DNA of 64,000 nt from an uncultured Candidatus Saccharibacteria bacterium (GTDB taxonomy: Bacteria > Patescibacteriota > Doudnabacteria > UBA920). This document shows positions 30,664 to 38,362 of this stretch, one piece after another; position 1 is the first letter of the stretch; every line of letters begins with the position of its first letter. The notes under the pieces were generated by a model. It worked only from the letters and a program-made list of their open reading frames with translations, was not told the DNA's origin and did no database searches. The stretch covers positions 147,201 through 211,200 of the forward strand of contig CAZLNP010000001.1 of the NCBI GenBank assembly GCA_964561085.1. Direction: 5' to 3'. The translations under genes and the position numbers were made by a program.

Positions 30664-32715
30664 ATGAAGTTTCAACTGAAAACTAATTACGACCCCGCTG
30701 GTGATCAACCTCAAGCAATTGCAGGCCTCTTAAAATCACTTGAAAAAGGTTATCGTCACCAGACGCTTTTAGGTGTGACTGGTTCTGGCAAAACTTATAC
30801 CATGGCGAACATTATCAATAAAGTTCAGAAGCCGACTTTGATAATGTGTCATAACAAAACTTTGGCTGCACAATTGGCTAGCGAATTCCAACAATATTTT
30901 CCAGATAACGCAGTTCACTATTTTGTTTCTTACTACGATTACTATCAGCCTGAGGCTTATATCCCCCGCTCTGACACTTACATTGAAAAGGATACGCAGA
31001 TCAACGAAGAGATTGATCGTCTTCGTAACGCCGCTACAACTTCGCTGATGTCGCGTTCTGATGTTTTAATTGTTGCATCTGTATCTTGTATTTACGGTTT
31101 GGGCAACCCTGACAACTATTTAGAATTGTCTTTGGAAATTGATAAAGGAATGAGCTTTAAACGAGATAAACTTCTGCGTCGTTTAACAGATATGCAGTAC
31201 AGTCGTAATGACATGGATTTGCGCCGTGGCACATATCGCGTTCAAGGTGACACAATGGAAATTGTTCTATCTTCTGAAGATACAATTATCCGCCTCAGTT
31301 TTTTTGGTGATGAAATCGAAAACATTGAACGCTTACATATGATCTCTGGTGAAACTATAGACACCATGGAGCATATTAAAATTTTCCCAGCTCGTCACTT
31401 CGTAACTCCAGAAGATAAATTACACGTTGCACTAGATAGAATTAAGTCTGAACTTAAAGAGCGCTTGGCTGAACTTAAAGGCCAAGGCAAACTTTTAGAA
31501 GCAGCTCGATTAGAGCAGCGCACTAACTTTGATTTAGAAATGCTGAACAACACAGGATTTGTTGCCGGTATTGAAAACTATTCTCGCGTAATGGAGGGTC
31601 GTGAGCCTGGCAGTCCTCCATCTACTTTAATTGATTACTTTCCTGACGACTTCCTTCTATTAATAGACGAGTCTCATCAAACTATTCCACAAGTTGGCGC
31701 AATGTATGAAGGCGATAAATCTCGCAAATCCACTTTAATTGATTATGGTTTCCGCTTGCCTTCTGCTTTGGACAACCGTCCTTTGAAGTTCCCTGAGTTC
31801 GAAGACAAAATTAGTCAGGTAGTTTTTGTGTCGGCTACTCCTGGGCCATATGAGATTCGTAAAAGTTTAGACGAAAACTATTTAATTACTGATCCTAAGA
31901 AAAAGGTTATTTCAGCAGATATTCGCAAAGAGGTTGTTGTTGAACAAATTAATCGACCTACGGGACTGCTTGACCCTACAATTGAAATCCAACCGATTAA
32001 GCATCAGGTCGACCACTTGATGACGCAGATTGTAGAGCGAGTTGCTAAAAAACAACGCGTAATTGTAACTACCCTTACTAAGCGAATGGCAGAAGAATTA
32101 AACACCTACATTAAAGAAGCGGGTATTAAAGCTCAGTACTTGCATAGTGAAGTGGAAACTTTTGAACGCTTGGAAATTCTACGCGATTTACGTTTGGGAA
32201 TTTATGATGTGATTATTGGAATCAACTTACTTCGCGAAGGTTTGGATTTGCCAGAAGTTTCTTTAGTAGCAATCCTTGATGCTGACAAAGAAGGTTTCCT
32301 ACGTAGCGAAACTGCGTTCATGCAGATTATGGGACGAGCCGCTCGTCACTTAGAAGGTCATGTAATTATGTATGCCGACAGAATCACTGGTTCAATGGAA
32401 CGCGCAATTAACGAAACGAAGCGTCGCCGTAAAGTTCAGGAAATCTACAACACCAAGCATGGAATTACCCCGGAAGGAATTATTAAAAAGATCCAAGACT
32501 CTCGTTTAGCTGGTAGTCACGAGGCTCTGCCGGGAATCGATACTGAAGATGTTGAAATTGGAAAGCTTTCTCCTCAAGGAATGAAGCACTATGTTGAAGA
32601 GCTGACTGATCAGATGGAACTTGCTTCCAAGAACATGGAGTTTGAGCTAGCTGCAAAAATTCGCGACAAGCTGGTTGAAATTAACCAAGTTCGCAAATTG
32701 CAGAACAAAAAATAG
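30664..32715 (+). CDS. uvrB: Excinuclease ABC subunit B
   Basis: GVTGSGKT, YYDYYQPEAY, DESH, GINLLREGLDLPEV, C-terminal UVR domain. Confidence 0.99.
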   Translation: MKFQLKTNYDPAGDQPQAIAGLLKSLEKGYRHQTLLGVTGSGKTYTMANIINKVQKPTLIMCHNKTLAAQLASEFQQYFPDNAVHYFVSYYDYYQPEAYIPRSDTYIEKDTQINEEIDRLRNAATTSLMSRSDVLIVASVSCIYGLGNPDNYLELSLEIDKGMSFKRDKLLRRLTDMQYSRNDMDLRRGTYRVQGDTMEIVLSSEDTIIRLSFFGDEIENIERLHMISGETIDTMEHIKIFPARHFVTPEDKLHVALDRIKSELKERLAELKGQGKLLEAARLEQRTNFDLEMLNNTGFVAGIENYSRVMEGREPGSPPSTLIDYFPDDFLLLIDESHQTIPQVGAMYEGDKSRKSTLIDYGFRLPSALDNRPLKFPEFEDKISQVVFVSATPGPYEIRKSLDENYLITDPKKKVISADIRKEVVVEQINRPTGLLDPTIEIQPIKHQVDHLMTQIVERVAKKQRVIVTTLTKRMAEELNTYIKEAGIKAQYLHSEVETFERLEILRDLRLGIYDVIIGINLLREGLDLPEVSLVAILDADKEGFLRSETAFMQIMGRAARHLEGHVIMYADRITGSMERAINETKRRRKVQEIYNTKHGITPEGIIKKIQDSRLAGSHEALPGIDTEDVEIGKLSPQGMKHYVEELTDQMELASKNMEFELAAKIRDKLVEINQVRKLQNKK

Positions 32716-32744
32716 TTTACACTTCCCTGCTCGTTTGATACGAT
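32716..32744 (+). promoter_or_regulatory. Sigma70 promoter for the unannotated small RNA
   Basis: TTTACA-17-TACGAT with extended TG, directly after the uvrB stop. Confidence 0.7.
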
Positions 32745-32750
32745 GAAGAC

Positions 32751-32890
32751 GTGCCGTTATGTTCACCGCCCAGGTGGGCCCCGGCCCCGATTCCTTGTTA
32801 AGGAGAATAGTTCTAAAGAACCATCCCCCGTTCGATTTTCGAACCCCATTCTCCTGCCCGACTTTGTTTTTACATCGTCGGGTTTTTCTT
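32751..32890 (+). ncRNA. Putative structured small RNA / leader RNA of unknown family
   Basis: GC-rich island in an AT-rich context, bounded by a promoter and a CCCGAC/GTCGGG-U5 terminator; four internal helices. Confidence 0.6.
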
Positions 32891-33023
32891 TTCCCTAAAT
32901 ATTAAGTTAAAGTTGATAGAATCTTTAACAGAACTTTATACACTTCTTGCTACGATAGTTTCTGCTCTGCAGTTTATCATCAGATAAAGAGCAAAGCAGG
33001 AATAAAATCAAAAGGAGTGTGTT

Positions 33024-33704
33024 ATGAAAAATTTAACTGTTTTAGTTGCAGCGTTAGCTGCAGTTTTTAGCCTTGGTATTACGCAGGAAGTCGAAGCACA
33101 GAATTACCATGGTGACGGTGGCTTGCTCGTAGTGGAAGGTGTTTTACTCTCGGGTGAAACTCACAAACAAATTGTCTTTGTTGTTTCGAAGAATATTTCT
33201 ACCGCGGCCCGTGTAGAAATGCAAACACATACATCAGAAGGAGTAGTGAATCAGTTTAAAACTTTGGTATTCCCACAAGGTTTAACTCGTGGGCAGATTG
33301 TGCCAATTTGGAATGGTGACCTTAATTCCTTTGGAAGCACGCCGTGGCTAAACATTTGGGTGACTATCTCCACAGCAACTGATGTTTACTACACAAATAC
33401 AATGTTCCCTATTCAGAATCGAGAACAGTACAAAGAACCGATGATCACGAGTGTTAGTGAGACTGGTGGATACGGTGTTCCTTATCAAATTACTGCGAAA
33501 GGAATATTTGATACCACTATTCCAAGCCTGGTTCTAATCAACAAGGATGTTTTTGTGTCACCGAAAGCAGTAATCCAGGCTGCACCTGGAACCATTCAAT
33601 TCACAATGCCAAGCGGTAACTTCGAGCAATTCCCTTCTGGGAAATATTTGCTCACCATTTGCCAAGGAGGGCATTGCGACACCCTTCAGGGACGGCATCG
33701 ATAA
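33024..33704 (+). CDS. Secreted beta-rich protein with C-terminal IPT/TIG-like domain
   Basis: AGGAG SD, signal peptide (..VEAQ), P.ITSV....ITAKG.F ... PSGKY.LTI. Confidence 0.75.
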   Translation: MKNLTVLVAALAAVFSLGITQEVEAQNYHGDGGLLVVEGVLLSGETHKQIVFVVSKNISTAARVEMQTHTSEGVVNQFKTLVFPQGLTRGQIVPIWNGDLNSFGSTPWLNIWVTISTATDVYYTNTMFPIQNREQYKEPMITSVSETGGYGVPYQITAKGIFDTTIPSLVLINKDVFVSPKAVIQAAPGTIQFTMPSGNFEQFPSGKYLLTICQGGHCDTLQGRHR

Positions 33705-33707
33705 TAC

Positions 33708-33740
33708 AGCAAGGGGTAAAACACTACCCCTTGCTTTTTT
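33708..33740 (+). terminator. Intrinsic terminator
   Basis: AGCAAGGGGTA..TACCCCTTGCT followed by a T tract. Confidence 0.85.
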
Positions 33741-33869
33741 CATTATTTATCTCTATAATACAGGAGCTTTAATCGATTTCCCTGTCTTCCGTGTCCACTT
33801 TAGATAAGGGATTCACCAAAGCACATCGCTTTTAGAAAGCGACTAATCAATTTATAATTTAATCTTAGA

Positions 33870-34139
33870 ATGCCAAATACTAAATCAGCAGCTCGTGCGA
33901 TGCGTAATTCACGCCGTCGTAATGTGATTAATACTCGCACAAAGTCTAAGTTCAAGACTGCAGTAAAAGAAACTCGCACTATTATTGCATCAGGTGATGC
34001 AAAAGAAGCCGCAGAAAGCTTGAAGAAAGCTATGTCTGCACTAGATAAAGCAGTAAAGAAAGATGTTCTACACAAGAACACTGCTTCTCGCAAGAAATCC
34101 CGCTTAGCAAAAGCTTTAGCAAAGATCGAGAAGAAATAG
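33870..34139 (+). CDS. rpsT: 30S ribosomal protein S20
   Basis: MPNTKSA, LDKAVKK..LHKNTASRKKSRL. Confidence 0.98.
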   Translation: MPNTKSAARAMRNSRRRNVINTRTKSKFKTAVKETRTIIASGDAKEAAESLKKAMSALDKAVKKDVLHKNTASRKKSRLAKALAKIEKK

Positions 34140-34150
34140 TTCAGTTATTT

Positions 34151-34175
34151 AAAAACTCCCGAAAGGGAGTTTTTT
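34151..34175 (+). terminator. rpsT terminator
   Basis: AAAAACTCCC-GAAA-GGGAGTTTTT. Confidence 0.85.
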
Positions 34176-34238
34176 GATTGAAACTTTATTTTCAGTTTAA
34201 GTTAATTTGATAGGTGTTGTGCGAAACTAATTATACGT

Positions 34239-34310
34239 GGGCCGGGACACGGTTGTCACAAAGGAATCGTCACTCTTTCGTAGGGAGTTCAACTCTCCTC
34301 CGGTCCACCA
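34239..34310 (+). ncRNA. Non-canonical tRNA-like RNA (72 nt) with Ala-type acceptor stem and encoded CCA
   Basis: Acceptor GGGCCGG/CCGGTCC + A + CCA; T arm GGGAG-TTCAACT-CTCCT; atypical D region and anticodon arm. Confidence 0.85.
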
Positions 34311-34384
34311 CCTTGAAAAAGGTTCTTATGCATGGTAAGATATGCATGACGATTCTTATGTGAAGCCAACCGTGGCTCGAATAT

Positions 34385-34409
34385 AAAGCCGCCCTATTGG
34401 GCGGCTTTT
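34385..34409. terminator. Bidirectional terminator between the tRNA-like unit and polA
   Basis: AAAGCCGCCC-TATT-GGGCGGCTTTT. Confidence 0.85.
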
Positions 34410-34412
34410 GTT

Positions 34413-37208
34413 TTAAATCTTTTTCATCTCTCCCCAGTTATCGCCGACCTTGGCTTCGGCAATTACTGGCACTGTTAGTTTGTAGGCATCTTCCATTAGA
34501 GGTTTAATTTTTTTAACCCATTTGTCGACAACATCTTCACGGACTTCAAAAACAAGTTCATCATGTACTTGCATTAGCATTCTAATTTCATCATCTTTAC
34601 CAGAAACTTCTTTGTGAATATTTAGCATAGCTATCTTCAAGATGTCTGCTTGCAAACCCTGAATTGGGAAGTTTATAGCCGCGCGTTCTGCAGCTGCTCG
34701 GATGAAGAATTGGCTTGATCTTATTTCAGGGAATTTGCGAATACGCCCAAGCTCGTGACGAACAAATCCATTTTCATTCACCTCAGCCTTAATATTCTCT
34801 AAATACATTTGCACGCCTGAATATTCTTCAAAGTATTTATCAATAAATTCTTTTGCATCTGTACGAGACACTGCACCAATTCTACTAGCCAAACCAAAAC
34901 TTGATAAACCATACAACACTCCAAAGTTGATGGTCTTCGCATCACGGCGCATGTCATCTGTCACTTCACCTGGCAAGACATCAAAAATCGCAGCTGCTGT
35001 GTTTGTGTGAATATCTTCTTTTTTGTTGAACACGTCCATCATGTTCTCATCTTGTGCTAGATGAGCAACGATGCGGAGTTCCATTTGAGAATAGTCGATC
35101 GCTAAGAGTTTGTAACCTTTTTCAGCGATGAACGCTTTGCGAATTTCGGAACCAATACCGTGGCCTCGAACAGGGATATTCTGCAAATTAGGATCTGTGG
35201 AAGAAAGACGGCCAGTTGCCGCCACTGTTTGGTTATAACTAGTATGAACACGGCCGGTGCGAACATTTACCAAAGCTGGAAGAGCCATTAAGTATGTTGA
35301 AAGTAATTTAGAAATTTCTCGATAGGAAAGAATCTTCTCAATTATTTCATGCTCCCCCACCAACGCTTCTAGAACACCAGCAGCGGTTGACAGTCCGGTC
35401 TTATTTCTTTTACCTGAAGTTAAATTTAATTTAGTAAATAGAATTTCTTGTAGTTGTTTTGGCGAACCAATATTAAACTCTTCACCAGCAAGTTTATAGA
35501 TATCTTTTTCTAACTGCGCAATTTCCTTCTCTGCTTGGTCCGCTAATTTTTCCAGAAGCCCAACATCTAACTTCACTCCGAACCTTTCCATGCAAGCCAA
35601 AACTTCTACGAGCGGCATTTCAATATCGTGGAAAATTTTCTCTAAACCTTCTTCTTTTAAACGCGGCTCAAAAATTTCTTTCAAGCGTAAAGTCATGTCC
35701 GCATCTTCTGATGCATACCAACTTACTTTTTCAATGTCTACTTCTGCCATAGAAATCTGATTGCGACCCTTGCCGATTAACTCCTCTATAGATTGCATTT
35801 GGTAACCAAGCTCATTGAAAATTAAATTGTCTAAACCATGTTGGCGGACGCCAGCATTCAACACGTAAGAAGCAATCATTGTGTCGAAAGAAAGTGGGTT
35901 CATTTTTATCCCAGCGTTTCCAAAAGTTAGGAAGTCGTATTTCATGTTGTGACCAATCTTGGCCACAGCATTACTCTCTATTAAATTACGTAGCTCCTTG
36001 CTATTGTCCAATACTGGGCGTGTAATATAGTAACCTTCGCCAGTTTTGAAACTAATTGAAATTCCAATTACATTCGCATCAATTGGATACAGCTGATCTG
36101 TTTCTGTATCAATAGCAAACTCTTTTTGTTTCCCTAGCTTTTTCAATAACCCTTCAAGTTTTTCTTGTGTATCTATAAGAGTGTATGTTTGTTTGCCAAC
36201 ATCCCCAACTGTTTCACCGTCGTTCGTACCTGTGAATTTTCCATCATCAATTGTGTCTACCCGTTCAGGTTTTACATCTGCATCACCTGCAGCACCTATG
36301 TATCCTTTAGGTAATTTATCAATTAAAGTTTTGAACTCTAGAACTTGGAACAACTTCATGACTTTGTTTAAATCTGCGCGCTTAAACTCATACACAGGAA
36401 TGTCTATTTCTAGAGGAACATCGCAAACAATTTTTGAAAGTGCATAACTCTGTTCTGCGTCCGCTTTGCCTTCAGTAAGAAGCTTAATAACTCGCGGTTT
36501 TATTTTATCGCCAGTCTTACCTTCTTCAATGGCTTTATACAAATCTATTAAACTGCCAAAGTTCTGAATTAACTCGCCTGCAGTTTTTTCTCCAATCCCT
36601 TTTACACCTTTAATGTTATCTGATGGATCGCCGCGCAATGCCTTGTAGTCTATCATCTGGAGTGGCGCTAAACCGTAACGATCTTTTACCCCAGCAATGT
36701 CATAAACTGCTGTGTCATTAATTCCTTTGCGCAAAGTATAAATTTTTACACATTCGTTTACAAGCTGTAATGAATCTAAATCGCCGGTAGCGATCATGAC
36801 TTCGCAATCGCCGTCTTTATGTTTCGCGCAAATATGAGTTGCGAGTGTACCCAGCACGTCATCAGCCTCGAAACCTTGAATTTCAAAAATAGGAATATTC
36901 AAAGCACGCACCACTTCTTTAATTCGTGGGAATTGCATGTATAATTCATCATCACCTTTTACACGAGTGCCTTTATACTCGGCATACATTTCATCACGGA
37001 AAGTGGGTCCAGCTAAATCAAAACTACACGCAATGTGCGTTGGCTTTAACTCTTTAATAGCCCTCAACAAAATCATAACGAAACCATAAACAGCGTTAGT
37101 ATGTTCGCCATCTTTGTTAGTAAGAGCAGGAATTGCATGATAACCGCGGTGAACCAGCGCATTACCATCTATTAGCATATATCGATTTGAGGCAGTTTTT
37201 TTAGGCAT
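34413..37208 (-). CDS. polA: DNA polymerase I
   Basis: LIDGNALVHR 5' nuclease, IDTET 3'-5' exonuclease, DYSQMELR, KTINFGVLYG, QVHDEL. Confidence 0.99.
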   Translation of the reverse strand: MPKKTASNRYMLIDGNALVHRGYHAIPALTNKDGEHTNAVYGFVMILLRAIKELKPTHIACSFDLAGPTFRDEMYAEYKGTRVKGDDELYMQFPRIKEVVRALNIPIFEIQGFEADDVLGTLATHICAKHKDGDCEVMIATGDLDSLQLVNECVKIYTLRKGINDTAVYDIAGVKDRYGLAPLQMIDYKALRGDPSDNIKGVKGIGEKTAGELIQNFGSLIDLYKAIEEGKTGDKIKPRVIKLLTEGKADAEQSYALSKIVCDVPLEIDIPVYEFKRADLNKVMKLFQVLEFKTLIDKLPKGYIGAAGDADVKPERVDTIDDGKFTGTNDGETVGDVGKQTYTLIDTQEKLEGLLKKLGKQKEFAIDTETDQLYPIDANVIGISISFKTGEGYYITRPVLDNSKELRNLIESNAVAKIGHNMKYDFLTFGNAGIKMNPLSFDTMIASYVLNAGVRQHGLDNLIFNELGYQMQSIEELIGKGRNQISMAEVDIEKVSWYASEDADMTLRLKEIFEPRLKEEGLEKIFHDIEMPLVEVLACMERFGVKLDVGLLEKLADQAEKEIAQLEKDIYKLAGEEFNIGSPKQLQEILFTKLNLTSGKRNKTGLSTAAGVLEALVGEHEIIEKILSYREISKLLSTYLMALPALVNVRTGRVHTSYNQTVAATGRLSSTDPNLQNIPVRGHGIGSEIRKAFIAEKGYKLLAIDYSQMELRIVAHLAQDENMMDVFNKKEDIHTNTAAAIFDVLPGEVTDDMRRDAKTINFGVLYGLSSFGLASRIGAVSRTDAKEFIDKYFEEYSGVQMYLENIKAEVNENGFVRHELGRIRKFPEIRSSQFFIRAAAERAAINFPIQGLQADILKIAMLNIHKEVSGKDDEIRMLMQVHDELVFEVREDVVDKWVKKIKPLMEDAYKLTVPVIAEAKVGDNWGEMKKI

Positions 37209-37249
37209 AAAATGTTATTTCTCTATTCATTGTAGCGGTTTTGGGGCAT

Positions 37250-37286
37250 AAAAAAAAGCCGCGCGAACCCCTAAAGATTCGCGCGG
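37250..37286 (-). terminator. Intrinsic terminator
   Basis: CCGCGCGAA...TTCGCGCGG with a U tract on the minus strand. Confidence 0.75.
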
Positions 37287-37316
37287 ACAAACTAACTCCT
37301 TTTAACTTTTCTCGGA

Positions 37317-38171
37317 TTAAGGCTTGGCGCCTTCTTCCGAAATATTGTTTTGAGTCCGATCAAGCAACCTGACTCCCATTCCATTATCGGAATAACCGCC
37401 AGCGGAAACGACTGTCATTTTATAGTCTCCTGGCGGAAGATAAACATCCTTCAAATTAGAAAAATCCAATTCGATGAATCCATTCCGCATTCTTACGGAC
37501 TCTGCCGGGACACTCCAAGTGTAACTGTCCGGCAGCTGCAAAAGCACACCGGCGATACTGCCGAAGTTTCCGAAGATATAAAATCTCGGTAGACTTCCTG
37601 AGTATCCCGCGGATGCTCTTGTTATCATCTGCCTGGGAACTGTTCCAACGATCCCGAAGTTTCGCTTGGCAGTATATTGCCTCACTACATTCCCTGTGAC
37701 CGAAACAATCTTATAACCCAACACGCCGCCGGGTTCCGAATAGTTCGGTTTCTTTCCATTGTCCAGGTTGTAATACAGATACCCGGCCGGCACTTCTTCT
37801 TCCGAATACCAGGCACTAAGAACATGCTCTTCGCCGTTCGGTGCGATCTGAACTCCGTAATACAAAGTGCCAGCAGGTAAAGTGTTTACCGAGAAAGCGT
37901 TAGCGGTGATTCCGCTATTGTATACATCGCCCGTAATTTGAATCGCAAAAACCGGGGGCTGACCAGTCATGTCGGATGAGTTATCAAAGTTCGCAACAGG
38001 CGAACTTGCGACCAATTCCATAGCCCGGGTCTTTTCGGCCGTTGTTGCCAACCTGATATTGGCTGTCTTCCCAGCGACTAGAGGCGGATTGACGCGGACC
38101 TGAGCACCAACACTCGAAGAAGTGGCGATTAACGCCACAAACAAAAAAGCGAAAAAAGTTAAAGTTTTCAT
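37317..38171 (-). CDS. Secreted beta-rich protein, distant paralog of 33024..33704
   Basis: Start MKTLTFF at 38171 (AGGAG SD); signal peptide ending ..VGAQ; C-terminal MITR...GNF...LPPGDYKMTV. Confidence 0.75.
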   Translation of the reverse strand: MKTLTFFAFLFVALIATSSSVGAQVRVNPPLVAGKTANIRLATTAEKTRAMELVASSPVANFDNSSDMTGQPPVFAIQITGDVYNSGITANAFSVNTLPAGTLYYGVQIAPNGEEHVLSAWYSEEEVPAGYLYYNLDNGKKPNYSEPGGVLGYKIVSVTGNVVRQYTAKRNFGIVGTVPRQMITRASAGYSGSLPRFYIFGNFGSIAGVLLQLPDSYTWSVPAESVRMRNGFIELDFSNLKDVYLPPGDYKMTVVSAGGYSDNGMGVRLLDRTQNNISEEGAKP

Positions 38172-38260
38172 TGATTCTCCTAATAGTTTAAGTCTGTGTT
38201 TGTTTTTCCCTAGTCCAGAACTACATAAATTTGCAGAACTTCCAGAGTTTTCACCACGAG

Positions 38261-38289
38261 ATTGTACCATATTTATATGATTTTGTCAA
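38261..38289 (-). promoter_or_regulatory. Sigma70 promoter
   Basis: TTGACA-17-TACAAT with extended TG. Confidence 0.75.
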
Positions 38290-38313
38290 TGCTAAAAGCT
38301 TAATATTGAAACT

Positions 38314-38342
38314 AAAAAACCGCATATAACAGCGGTTTTTTT
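38314..38342. terminator. Intrinsic terminator after the PilB-like gene
   Basis: AAAAAACCGC...GCGGTTTTTT. Confidence 0.65.
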
Positions 38343-38362
38343 ACATATATTAACAAATAGCT

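Noticed and set aside
32743-32910. Short ORFs, SRP RNA or a tRNA in the post-uvrB GC-rich island
   Set aside because: The ORFs overlap the -10 or run through the terminator without an RBS; there is no SRP GNRA domain-IV motif; GTTCGA sits in a stem, not a T loop, and no cloverleaf forms.
34239-34409. Standard or circularly permuted tmRNA
   Set aside because: No internal mRNA domain, no second acceptor 5' strand after the CCA, and no tag frame ending in ..AA-stop; kept only as an analogy.
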